Positions 46,719-55,843 of a stretch of DNA of 64,000 nt are shown piece by piece. The stretch's first letter is position 1. The number at the start of each line of letters is the position of its first letter. Source of the DNA: a phage. Made by a program: the position numbers and the translations under genes. The notes under the pieces were generated by a model that was not told the DNA's origin, did no database searches, and saw only the letters and a list, made by a program, of their open reading frames with translations. The stretch lies in sequence record OZ346167.1; one strand, given 5' to 3'.

Positions 46719-46744
46719 AGCCCCTTTATATGGGGCTTTTTTAC
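46719..46744 (+). terminator. Rho-independent terminator ending the early cassette
   Basis: AGCCCC..GGGGCT + TTTTTT. Confidence 0.65.
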
Positions 46745-47040
46745 GTCCTATCAAATCCCTTATACAACCCTTTTCCTTTCCTTTCCAGAATCTTACCAGA
46801 CCTTAAAAGCAATAACTTTACAGCCTTTTACTAAGTCAATTAATTGGCCTTATTAATAAGTCCTTAAACATAAGCCAATAACCCCAGAAAGGGGCAACCC
46901 GTTTAAACGCTCTATAAAGCTCTATAACAGCCTTATCAACCTAACTTAAGGGATTGCATTAACTCACCCTAAAAAGCCCTTTATAAAGCTTCCCAGAGAC
47001 TTAAAAGAATCTTATAAAGGTGTAAGCTTTATTCATCCGT

Positions 47041-47244
47041 TTATAAAATAGGACTGTCAAGTTATTTTTTAGGGTCTTTGAAGGAACTCAAAAATATCTG
47101 TAGAAGATGTATATCTGCTTGGTAGCCCTTAACAATCCCTTACAAGTACTTTGCAAAATTTTAAAATATCCTTAACAATCTCTTAACAGTTCTCACATCT
47201 TCTTAACAACTCTTCAAAGGTCTTAACAGATTCTTAACAAACCC
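47041..47244. repeat. Left arm of ~204-bp inverted repeat
   Basis: reverse complement of 47677..47880 with about 2 differences. Confidence 0.8.
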
Positions 47245-47676
47245 TACATAGTTATGCTTGTTAGCCCCTTGTTAAATCTCTGTTAAGACCATGTAAAAGC
47301 CTTGTAAGAGCCTTTGACATAGCCTTAAAAGCTCCTGTAAAGCCCTATAAAGAGCTTTCTGTATAGTTGGGGTGTAACTACTAGGAAGAGACTTAAAAGA
47401 GCTTATAAAGAGCTATAGAGAGCTTTTAAGAGGTATGTTTAAAGAATCACTAAGAGGGAAAGGGAACTATAGACCAAGAGATAGTGACCATGTTAATAGC
47501 TTGTTAAAAAGATTAAACACTTGTTAGGAATTTGTTAATTATCTTAATTGGTATTGTTACCAATCCCTACAAAATAATCCTTTAAAATTAACTTGTTAGC
47601 TCTTGTTAGCAATCTGTTAAGATTCTGTAAAGTCTATGTAGCACTTGTTAGAGATTTGTTACACCCTTGTTAGTTC

Positions 47677-47880
47677 TGTTAAGAATCTGTTAAGACCTTT
47701 GAAGAGTTGTTAAGAAGATGTGAGAACTGTTAAGAGATTGTTAAGGATATTTTAAAATTTTGCAAAGTACTTGTAAGGGAGTTGTTAAGGGCTACCAAGC
47801 AGATATACATCTTCTACAGATATTTTTGAGTTCCTTCAAAGACCCTAAAAAATGACTTGACAGTCCTATTTTATAAAAAT
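47677..47880. repeat. Right arm of ~204-bp inverted repeat
   Basis: reverse complement of 47041..47244. Confidence 0.8.
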
Positions 47881-48408
47881 TTTAAGATTCTGAATAATTA
47901 ACTATACAGCCTTTTAAAAATACAGGTAATAACAGGCTTATAAGATACCTTGTTAGTACCGTGTTAGACCTTGTGAGATAAGGTCTGTAAAGATATCCCT
48001 GTTAAGTTTGTTAAAACAGTCTATATAGAGGCTTAGTAATACCTAGTGAACACCTATAGAGAGTGTCATAGCTGACATAGAGATTAAGAGGTGTATAGGG
48101 GCTTCTAAGAGGGTATAGAGAGACGGTTAAGGTGATTGTATAGGTTGTTAAGAAGGCTTGTTAGAAGAGTGTTTAGAAGGCTTGTTAGAGGGCTTGTTAG
48201 AAGGGTTATACAGAGGGGCTATTAAGACCACTAGATAGTTACTAAGATACTATATAGTACTATATAACTATATAGAGAGTAAGATTAAGAAGGTTGTTAA
48301 GAAGGGTAGATATTTTATTCACATATAATGGTGACCCAGAGGTTGGGACAACCGATAAAATTTTATAAAAATTAAAAAGCCCCCAATTAAGGAGGCTCTT
48401 AAGATATT

Positions 48409-48960
48409 TTAAATCAGGCTTTCTAAAACTGTCTTCAAGGATGACTTAGTTGTCTGGTAAAAATGAGTGAACCCATTATTGTTATCGAATATCTGCATCA
48501 TGATATCATCTCCCTTGATTGGGTACACTCGGATATCATAGTGAAACCCATTAAGGACAGCAGAACCATTACAGAACACACTAAAATCACTTGCTGAGAT
48601 GTACTCTTCATGACCTGTGATTTTTATACAGACACCCTTACTTGGTCTCTTAGGGTTGATATCTTCCATCACAGACATACTCTGTCCACCAAGAGATACC
48701 ATAGTGACCACTTTACGGTTCTTCTGTTTAAAGTACATTTTAACTTTCTGTAAAGTGTCTTCATAGAACGGATAAGACCTCTCTACAAAGATTCCTTCAA
48801 GTGGCTCTTTACCATTTTCAACTTCTCTGTTATGCCGTACTGCAAAGATAATTTGTTCGAACCAGTCAAGATTTTCTTCGGAGAGTGCTTCTCGAACATC
48901 ACTCCAGTCAAGGACTAGATAGTTACCTTCAACCTCTTTTGCATCTTTAAAAACTTGCAT
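48409..48960 (-). CDS. Hypothetical protein
   Basis: 183-aa ORF. Confidence 0.55.
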   Translation of the reverse strand: MQVFKDAKEVEGNYLVLDWSDVREALSEENLDWFEQIIFAVRHNREVENGKEPLEGIFVERSYPFYEDTLQKVKMYFKQKNRKVVTMVSLGGQSMSVMEDINPKRPSKGVCIKITGHEEYISASDFSVFCNGSAVLNGFHYDIRVYPIKGDDIMMQIFDNNNGFTHFYQTTKSSLKTVLESLI

Positions 48961-49013
48961 ATTCGCTACCTTCTAAGTTTCTACAAAGGGGCTATCAAGT
49001 AACCCCTAAGTTA

Positions 49014-49238
49014 CTACTCAGACTTTTCAGTCTTCTTATCGGATTTCTTACTAGTCTTCTTCTCAGCTTTCTGTTCAGGTTCCTTCTCAGAAGTTGCCTT
49101 GATAACCATATCAAGAAGCTCTGATAAATCACTCTTCAGCAAAGTAACAGGCTGCTCGTTGTAGAAGTTTTTGTCAAGATAAACTTTAAACTCTTCTATA
49201 GAAGGAAATCCAAAAATTGGTACAGGTGTTTTAATCAT
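49014..49238 (-). CDS. Hypothetical protein with lysine-rich C-terminus
   Basis: 74-aa ORF. Confidence 0.45.
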   Translation of the reverse strand: MIKTPVPIFGFPSIEEFKVYLDKNFYNEQPVTLLKSDLSELLDMVIKATSEKEPEQKAEKKTSKKSDKKTEKSE

Positions 49239-49314
49239 TACTTAGTCTCTCCATAGGCATCTTTTAAGATTGCCTTGTTAATCATTTCAGCGATTGCAAA
49301 ACGAACACATACAG

Positions 49315-49818
49315 CTATAATTGTAGGTTGCATTCTTTACTTACCTCTTCAAGTTTAACCTCAGAATCCTTAAGTCGTTTCTTATGAACTCTGAACCTTA
49401 TTAGTGAGATGATAATACCAGCTAAAGGGACAGCATACAAGTACCAGATATCGTGTATCTTTGCAGTAATCTGTGTAATGGTCAAATCTTGAGCTATGCA
49501 GCTAATTGCTGATACTGCCAGTAACATTGCTAAGAAGAACGCCAGTACCATAACAATACTTAGGCAACCTCTGGCATGGTGTTCATGCTTAATACACTTA
49601 TTCTTTTCGTCAACAACTCTGTTGTAGTCATTTGCAAAGTCTCTGTAGAAAGCTTTCAGGTATTCTTGAGTGTAGCCTTCAAAGCAACCTGTACCATACC
49701 AATAATCACCACCAAAATGTGCTATGATACCCGTATCTCCATTTGGTTTGGTTACTCTTAAAGAAGTATGATGGCGAGTATCCTGAAAATCTATCTTGTA
49801 TCTTTCTTCGTAAATCAT
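49315..49818 (-). CDS. Membrane protein
   Basis: hydrophobic segment LSIVMVLAFFLAMLLAV; internal ATG with GAGAGGGG RBS chosen. Confidence 0.5.
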   Translation of the reverse strand: MIYEERYKIDFQDTRHHTSLRVTKPNGDTGIIAHFGGDYWYGTGCFEGYTQEYLKAFYRDFANDYNRVVDEKNKCIKHEHHARGCLSIVMVLAFFLAMLLAVSAISCIAQDLTITQITAKIHDIWYLYAVPLAGIIISLIRFRVHKKRLKDSEVKLEEVSKECNLQL

Positions 49819-50033
49819 TTTCCAACCCCTCTCAATCGTTTGTTCCACTCAAGGTCAACAAGTCTTTGCAGGACTTTCCCTCTAGGTGTTACGCCTTTTA
49901 AATCTGCATCATAGCAACGGTAAAAGTCACCTTCAGCGTGTTTACCATAGCATTTTCTGATATTCTGGCTTCTACGATACTGTTCTAACAGGGATAGTTT
50001 GTAGTAATCTTCAACTGTAGTTAGTTTTTTCAT
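49815..50033 (-). CDS. Hypothetical protein
   Basis: 72-aa ORF. Confidence 0.45.
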   Translation of the reverse strand: MKKLTTVEDYYKLSLLEQYRRSQNIRKCYGKHAEGDFYRCYDADLKGVTPRGKVLQRLVDLEWNKRLRGVGK

Positions 50034-50116
50034 TCTTTCACCGTAGTGTTTCTCTAAAAACTAAAAAGGGAACTACCTCTCGATAGCTCCCATCATAATA
50101 AATATTGTATACTCGG

Positions 50117-50698
50117 TCAAGAGTATTTTTTAGGCAGTAATGCACTGCGCTTGTTGCTCTCTTCACTCAATAGTGCGATAAAATCATCACTTTTACCTTT
50201 CCACGGGCTGAATGAAGGGATATGTTCACGGATAGCCTCGATAACCGTCTTAAGTGCTGTGTTCTTCATCCACCAATCAGGGTCTGCTGATGCTACCACG
50301 TAGTACCCACCGTCATCAGTTAAAATCGGCTCTGAAATACATGGTGAAATCAAAGTGGTGATGATTGAGCCATTGTTCATGTAATATGTACGCTTAATAA
50401 CCTTTTCAAGAAGCTTGTGGAGGTCACCAAACAGTGTTACAAGTTCTTTATGGTCAATATCTTTTTCAAGACTAGCTCGATACTTCAAAAGTGCAGCATC
50501 AACTTCTCTGTCATTAAACTTGAAGTACTGGACTTCATCAACAAGGCAGACACTAATGTTATTAACATTCATAGTCAACTTGCAAACTTTTGCAGGGGAA
50601 TTGATACTTGGTTGAAAAAGTGCAACACACCCTTCAATGTTTCCAAAATGTTGAACTAGTGTTACTTGTGGAATGATATCCTGTTGCTCTTCGGACAT
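50117..50698 (-). CDS. Hypothetical protein
   Basis: 193-aa ORF. Confidence 0.55.
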   Translation of the reverse strand: MSEEQQDIIPQVTLVQHFGNIEGCVALFQPSINSPAKVCKLTMNVNNISVCLVDEVQYFKFNDREVDAALLKYRASLEKDIDHKELVTLFGDLHKLLEKVIKRTYYMNNGSIITTLISPCISEPILTDDGGYYVVASADPDWWMKNTALKTVIEAIREHIPSFSPWKGKSDDFIALLSEESNKRSALLPKKYS

Positions 50699-51042
50699 TA
50701 TAGTTTCCTCATTAAATACTTTTTAAGTTGTGTGTTAGGTTTCTCAAAAACTTCTATAGAAGATATCTTGACAGATTCACCACGCATACCTGTGTGTTTG
50801 AATATATAGTACTCTAACATCCCTATATACTTTGCTGGTAAGTCATGTTTGACATACACCGTTACAGAATCTTCAAATTCAACAACCTTTGTACCATCTT
50901 TGTAGTTAAACTCTTTAGGATGGTTGTAGTTGTCGATGTCGTACATTAAAAAGAGTCTTTTCCGTTGCATATCAAGCTTATTGGTTAAAGACTCTTTGAT
51001 GTCTGAGAAGTTTTTATACACTATGACGTGGAGCTTACTCAT
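50698..51042 (-). CDS. Hypothetical protein
   Basis: 114-aa ORF. Confidence 0.5.
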   Translation of the reverse strand: MSKLHVIVYKNFSDIKESLTNKLDMQRKRLFLMYDIDNYNHPKEFNYKDGTKVVEFEDSVTVYVKHDLPAKYIGMLEYYIFKHTGMRGESVKISSIEVFEKPNTQLKKYLMRKL

Positions 51043-51328
51043 CGTTAAACTCTCTGACGAAGAAGTAGTTGACTTTATTATTACCTACCATAAGGTCAAA
51101 GCAGGTATTCTCAAAAGGTTTGTTGTAGGCATCATATGAAGTATACGTATCAGCTACTTGTTTAGTGTTGAGCTTTTTACTTGATGGATTTAAGAGGCCA
51201 CCATACAGTTTCTTGATAGCCTCTTCTACAACAGACCAGATGATTTCGTCAGTAATTTCTTCGTACAGGTCAAGTTCACGCTCTAGTGAGAAGTCACAAA
51301 TAGGGAAAACAACCTGTACTTTACTCAT
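51035..51328 (-). CDS. Hypothetical protein
   Basis: 97-aa ORF. Confidence 0.5.
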   Translation of the reverse strand: MSKVQVVFPICDFSLERELDLYEEITDEIIWSVVEEAIKKLYGGLLNPSSKKLNTKQVADTYTSYDAYNKPFENTCFDLMVGNNKVNYFFVREFNDE

Positions 51329-51726
51329 TAACGAATAACCTGTGAGACTTGAATTGCTTCAGTTACTGACAAATCACCCACTTTCTCTTCTTTGATAAAA
51401 GTGAAGGTGAGTTCAACAGGCTCTTGCTCTTCTTGCTCAACTGGAACACCGTTAAGCTCATCAAAGATTGATTGAGTTGTCCAGTCTTCTCCACCATCTG
51501 GATAGTGGATTGCGTAAAGAGGGAACTCTAAATCAAACCAACCAAATACAGGACAACCGTCTTCATCATCTCGTACTCGATGAAGTGTGCTTCCAGACCC
51601 TGTAAACTGAAGGAATAAATCTCCGTTGCACTTGTATATTACTGCGTCGGCAAAACCAATGTCTTCTCGACCATCATGACCAAATGTGTCCACCTTTACT
51701 TGGATATCTCTAACATCTTTATTCAT
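51328..51726 (-). CDS. Hypothetical protein
   Basis: 132-aa ORF. Confidence 0.5.
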   Translation of the reverse strand: MNKDVRDIQVKVDTFGHDGREDIGFADAVIYKCNGDLFLQFTGSGSTLHRVRDDEDGCPVFGWFDLEFPLYAIHYPDGGEDWTTQSIFDELNGVPVEQEEQEPVELTFTFIKEEKVGDLSVTEAIQVSQVIR

Positions 51727-52117
51727 AAAAACCTCTCTCTGCTTGTTCGATTTTTGCTTTTAGAACTTCACACCGTTCAATGTGATATCTGGCTTCATGC
51801 TCATGTGTCGCCAAAGTTCTTTCAAGAACAGTTTTATAGTAACCTGCAAGTTGCTCTTTTGTCAATGGGTGCTCTGAAATAATATCAAGTCCACTTTCAC
51901 CAAGAGGATTGAATTGTCCATGCTCATTGACATTGTAAGTCTCAAACTTGAACATACCATTGTTCACAGACTCAATAGGTGACAGTTCAACAAGCTCTAC
52001 AGTAAACCGTGTATACACCTTGTCGCCTCTTGAAACTACATTGTTTCCAATGATGCGTACAAGCGAACCATTACGAGTGTATTTAAAAGTTCCAAAGTCA
52101 CTAGCCCAAAGTTTCAT
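51719..52117 (-). CDS. Hypothetical protein
   Basis: 132-aa ORF. Confidence 0.5.
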   Translation of the reverse strand: MKLWASDFGTFKYTRNGSLVRIIGNNVVSRGDKVYTRFTVELVELSPIESVNNGMFKFETYNVNEHGQFNPLGESGLDIISEHPLTKEQLAGYYKTVLERTLATHEHEARYHIERCEVLKAKIEQAERGFYE

Positions 52118-52126
52118 AGTTTTCTC

Positions 52127-52160
52127 CTTAGAAAATAAAAAAGGCTCCCGAAGGAGCCTA
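52127..52160 (-). terminator. Rho-independent terminator (minus strand)
   Basis: GGCTCCTTCGGGAGCC hairpin followed by T-run on minus strand. Confidence 0.6.
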
Positions 52161-52168
52161 TGAAGATA

Positions 52169-52633
52169 TTACTTTGGGTATACACTGTCAAGATAAATGT
52201 CAGCTTCCATTCTACGTCTGTTTTTCAGTCCGTTTGAAGTGACCTTCTTACCTTTGACTGTAACCTTGTTCCACCACTGCATAGCTTCTGCACAACCTCC
52301 CTTATTACCAGCGTTGTGGCGCTTGATAAATGTTGAGTCCTGCATAGCTGTGATACCGATGTTGTATGTTTCACTTACAAGTGCATCGAACTCATTCTGA
52401 GTAGTTGGAACCTTGATAGCTTTGTTCACTGCTGCAACAAACTTTTCAACATCTGCGAGAAGATACTGTTCAGCTTGTTCAGCGGTAATCTTCATACCCA
52501 TCTTAACAGGTTTTCCGTCAATACGGATTGTCCCATACCCGATTGTTGGGATTCCGGCAGAATCTTCGTAAGCCTCTAACTCCAGACCTTCGAAGAACTT
52601 AATAGCATCTAAACCTTTTCTTGAGAGTTGCAT
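52169..52633 (-). CDS. Endolysin, T4 lysozyme-like (GH24)
   Basis: EGLELEAYEDSAGIPTIGYG catalytic block typical of phage lysozyme. Confidence 0.8.
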   Translation of the reverse strand: MQLSRKGLDAIKFFEGLELEAYEDSAGIPTIGYGTIRIDGKPVKMGMKITAEQAEQYLLADVEKFVAAVNKAIKVPTTQNEFDALVSETYNIGITAMQDSTFIKRHNAGNKGGCAEAMQWWNKVTVKGKKVTSNGLKNRRRMEADIYLDSVYPK

Positions 52634-53766
52634 TATGCCTCCCCTGCTGGATTAACTGTAACTGTTGCTGCGTTAGATGTTACAGAGCCACCTGCACCTG
52701 TTACAACGCAAGTGTATGAACCTGCATCTGCTGGCAGAGCACCAGACTTGCTATAGGTGGCATCTGTAGCCGAAGGAATGTCAGAGCCATCTTTCTTCCA
52801 CTGATAACCTGTTGCACCTGTTGCAGTCACTTCCAAGTTGATGTTTCCACCCTCATTGATAGTCTGGCTAGAAGGTTGTTGTGTAATCACAGGTAGTGCG
52901 TTCACAGTTACTACAGCAGCATTAGATTCCACTGCACCACCTGCACCTGTTACAACGCAAGTGTATGAACCTGCATCTGCTGGCAGAGCACCAGACTTGC
53001 TATAGGTGGCATCTGTAGCCGAAGGAATGTCAGAGCCATCTTTCTTCCACTGATAACCTGTTGCACCTGTTGCAGTCACTTCCAAGTTGATGTTTCCACC
53101 CTCATTGATAGTCTGGCTAGAAGGTTGTTGTGTAATCACAGGTAGTGCGTTCACAGTTACTGTTGCTGCATCTGAGGTAACACTTGTTCCACCCTCTCCA
53201 GATACAACACAAGTATAAGAACCAGCATCAGAAGGTGCTACAGACTGTTTTGTGTAGGTTGCAGATGTGGCGCTAGTGATATCCTCACCATCCTTTTTCC
53301 ATTGATATCCAGTGGCGTTAGTTGCTAGAATGCTTAGAGTAAGTGTGCCACCCTCATTGACTGTTTGACCTGTTGGTTGCTGAGTAATTGCTGGTGGCTT
53401 AATAGCATCCTTCAACTTAGCATTCAACATTGAGAACGGCTTAACTCTTGCCAACCATTCACAGTAAATTGTGTCAACATCTTTACCATTGATGATTGCA
53501 TACTGCAAATCCATGAAGAAATCAGCAGTTCTCATCTGTGCACCAACACTGTAAAGCAATTCATCACTAAATGGAACTTTGTAGTCTGGTTTGTAGTCAA
53601 ACTTCTCAACTTCTGCAATATCAGCTTCAGGCCAATATGAACTATAGGTAAGTGGTAAAATAGCCTCTTGATATGTTCTAAAATCATATCTCTTACCAGC
53701 CTTTACATTTGCAATGAAACCCTTCACAAACTCTTTGAAGTCTGGGTAAGTCTTTGCTTTAATCAT
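52633..53766 (-). CDS. Virion-associated protein with three tandem Ig-like repeats
   Basis: three repeats of ~80 aa (TQQP..GYQWKKDG..DAGSYTCVV); N-domain paralogous to 53763..54134. Confidence 0.6.
   Translation of the reverse strand: MIKAKTYPDFKEFVKGFIANVKAGKRYDFRTYQEAILPLTYSSYWPEADIAEVEKFDYKPDYKVPFSDELLYSVGAQMRTADFFMDLQYAIINGKDVDTIYCEWLARVKPFSMLNAKLKDAIKPPAITQQPTGQTVNEGGTLTLSILATNATGYQWKKDGEDITSATSATYTKQSVAPSDAGSYTCVVSGEGGTSVTSDAATVTVNALPVITQQPSSQTINEGGNINLEVTATGATGYQWKKDGSDIPSATDATYSKSGALPADAGSYTCVVTGAGGAVESNAAVVTVNALPVITQQPSSQTINEGGNINLEVTATGATGYQWKKDGSDIPSATDATYSKSGALPADAGSYTCVVTGAGGSVTSNAATVTVNPAGEA
52653..53150. repeat. Near-identical ~249-bp tandem duplication inside the Ig-like repeat gene
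   Basis: two adjacent copies encoding Ig repeats 2 and 3. Confidence 0.7.
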
Positions 53767-54134
53767 TTCTTTTTAGCCTCTAAATGTGCGTTTAGTCTAA
53801 AATAACCTTTGTGATGCGGAGATACATCACCAACAACAATACCTTTAACCTTATAGCCTTTACCAATTACATACTGGATATCCATAAGGAATCTTCCAAG
53901 ACCAACAATATGGAACATTGGATATAATAGATTCTCAGAATCTGGAATATTGATTTCAGGTTTGTAGGTGCGTTGTTCGCTTGTTGGTGTAATATCTTCT
54001 TCAGGCCATTTACTGAGTCTCCATGTCAAAGGTGTTGGGATAACATCATTAAGGTTGTACCTTTCACCATTTTGCACGGAATTGATATAGGATTGTAGGA
54101 AGCAATAAAAGTCTTTTGCACTCTTAGCTTTCAT
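53763..54134 (-). CDS. Hypothetical protein, paralog of the N-domain of 52633..53766
   Basis: shared motifs (AKxxxDF..FxxxYIxxVxxGxRY, FxMDxQYxI). Confidence 0.55.
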   Translation of the reverse strand: MKAKSAKDFYCFLQSYINSVQNGERYNLNDVIPTPLTWRLSKWPEEDITPTSEQRTYKPEINIPDSENLLYPMFHIVGLGRFLMDIQYVIGKGYKVKGIVVGDVSPHHKGYFRLNAHLEAKKK

Positions 54135-54181
54135 TAAATATCCTTATAAATAGTTAAAGGGGCATCAGCCCCTATTCACAC

Positions 54182-54772
54182 TTAAGCTTTGGTCTTAAGT
54201 AGGTTCTTAAGTTTTTTAAGATTCATACTCTCATCAAACTTAAAACCAAATCCATTGACATAATCAATGAACTCGGATTTCTTACTGAGTGACAATGCGT
54301 AACTCATATCAAAGTTCTTACTTGTTTCTGCGTCTGGACTAGAGTTCACATCAAATGAAATTTCTGTAGGCTCTTGCTTACTTTTCCTCATATTATCAAC
54401 CAACAAACATGTATAGTTTGCTGGATAGAAGTTTACACTACCATCAACGTAGCTGTACTTATTATTATGGATAAGGTTGGAAAATACCTTAAGAAATGTT
54501 TCTGAGTCGTGGCAAACAAGTTTGAATTGGCTGCTCTCTCCAAGCGCAACTAATGAGTACGGACTTTCACTATCAAAGTCATAATTTGGATTCGATGCCG
54601 TCACTGTTACACGCATCAAGTTATTAGCAATAGTCTTCTGTTTAAAAGAATTTTGAACATAGTGAAGACCTCTATCACACTGATTGACTAGCTCTTTAAG
54701 TAGGTCATTTGCATATGGTGAATTAATTGATACAGAGCCATCACTATTGTAATTAAAACTTACTGTTAACAT
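54182..54772 (-). CDS. Hypothetical protein
   Basis: 196-aa ORF. Confidence 0.5.
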   Translation of the reverse strand: MLTVSFNYNSDGSVSINSPYANDLLKELVNQCDRGLHYVQNSFKQKTIANNLMRVTVTASNPNYDFDSESPYSLVALGESSQFKLVCHDSETFLKVFSNLIHNNKYSYVDGSVNFYPANYTCLLVDNMRKSKQEPTEISFDVNSSPDAETSKNFDMSYALSLSKKSEFIDYVNGFGFKFDESMNLKKLKNLLKTKA

Positions 54773-54999
54773 TTTTCAGTTCTCCTGCGATTTATAATTT
54801 TGCTGCAATAGAGAAACGAAGTAAACTCACTGGAAGAAACCATTAAGTGTTGTTCACTAGATTGAGCCATTGCCCTGAAATACATTCCAGTCAAAGCATC
54901 ATAGTGACTATTCTTTCCAATTGAGGTTATATAGCCATGACTCTTTGCAGTTTGATATAAATCTATAATATCTGCGATTTCTAATTGGGAACTACACAT
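54766..54999 (-). CDS. Hypothetical protein
   Basis: 77-aa ORF. Confidence 0.45.
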   Translation of the reverse strand: MCSSQLEIADIIDLYQTAKSHGYITSIGKNSHYDALTGMYFRAMAQSSEQHLMVSSSEFTSFLYCSKIINRRRTEKC

Positions 55000-55163
55000 A
55001 GATAATCCTCTTGTCTTCTGTAATTTTGAAAGAACAGGTACAGACCAATTTCAGAGGATGAATAGTAGATTAACTCTACCCTTTTTGATTCCTTACAGTG
55101 ATTGGTATTCTTACCTTTCTTCGGTTTATTTGATTTTCTCATTAAGTCTCCTTTGTAGAACAA
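54981..55163 (-). CDS. Hypothetical small basic protein
   Basis: 60-aa ORF. Confidence 0.4.
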   Translation of the reverse strand: MFYKGDLMRKSNKPKKGKNTNHCKESKRVELIYYSSSEIGLYLFFQNYRRQEDYLCVVPN

Positions 55164-55240
55164 GGCAGACCTACAGCTTTAAGTAAGATGGTACAGTAAT
55201 CCATACAACAAGTCAAGAACTATTGCAAGTTAAAAAAGTT

Positions 55241-55264
55241 GTTGACAAAGTACTTGACAAGGTG
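55241..55264 (+). promoter_or_regulatory. Conserved motif GTTGACAAAGTACTTGACAAGGTG in divergent intergenic region
   Basis: near-identical to 12938..12961. Confidence 0.4.
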
Positions 55265-55391
55265 TAGGCTTATAAATACTTAGAAGATAACTTAAAAGGT
55301 TCCTCTAAAAAGGCTATTTAAACAGATATCTTTCTGGATATCTATCTTTTATCTTAAAAGCCTTTTAAGAGGTCTTATAAGAGGCATACCA

Positions 55392-55763
55392 ATGAAAAAC
55401 AGAACAAACAAAGGCCAGTTTAAAAAAGGCCAGTCTGGAAACCCATCTGGAAGACCAAAAGGCTCTCGTAACAAAAGCTCACTTGTAAAAGCTCAACTGA
55501 CCATTGATAATTCTGCTGAGTTTGCTGCAAAGTTGTTTGAAGCGATTGTTACAAGGGACGCTGCTAAGCTTGCAGAGTTCGGGTTAAACACAGATGACGT
55601 AACCATCAAGAGTATGATTGAGGTCGGTAAAACTATCTTTACTCACTCAGCAGGTGAGATGAAAGCACTTGCAGCAGACACTAAGAAGACTCCTGATAAT
55701 GGTGGTCAACAGCAGACAGATAACAAACCAACGTTTTCTGCTGTAGCGACTCTCAAAAAATAA
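55392..55763 (+). CDS. Hypothetical protein with N-terminal GNPSGRPKG basic motif
   Basis: 123-aa ORF. Confidence 0.5.
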   Translation: MKNRTNKGQFKKGQSGNPSGRPKGSRNKSSLVKAQLTIDNSAEFAAKLFEAIVTRDAAKLAEFGLNTDDVTIKSMIEVGKTIFTHSAGEMKALAADTKKTPDNGGQQQTDNKPTFSAVATLKK

Positions 55764-55774
55764 TTTTAAAAGGT

Positions 55775-55804
55775 GTTGACAGACTCTACAAAGTTGTTCT
55801 AAAG
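55775..55804 (+). promoter_or_regulatory. Sigma70-like promoter (TTGACA-N18-TAAAGT)
   Basis: hexamers with 18-bp spacer upstream of 55844 gene. Confidence 0.45.
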
Positions 55805-55843
55805 TCTGTCACATCAAACAACAATGAGAGAAGAGAGTAAAAT

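Larger units (their letters stand above)
46745..48400. repeat. ORF-free repeat-dense region (reiterated TTGTTAAG/CTTAACAA, CTTGTTAG and CTATAAAG-type short motifs in both orientations)
   Basis: no ORF of 60 aa or more in the supplied track; dozens of short motif copies; encloses the inverted repeat. Confidence 0.7.

Noticed and set aside
46745-48400. CRISPR array as an explanation for the repeat field (also considered for 6480..6910)
   Set aside because: Repeats are short, degenerate, irregularly spaced and occur in both orientations; there are no uniform direct repeats with unique spacers and no cas genes.
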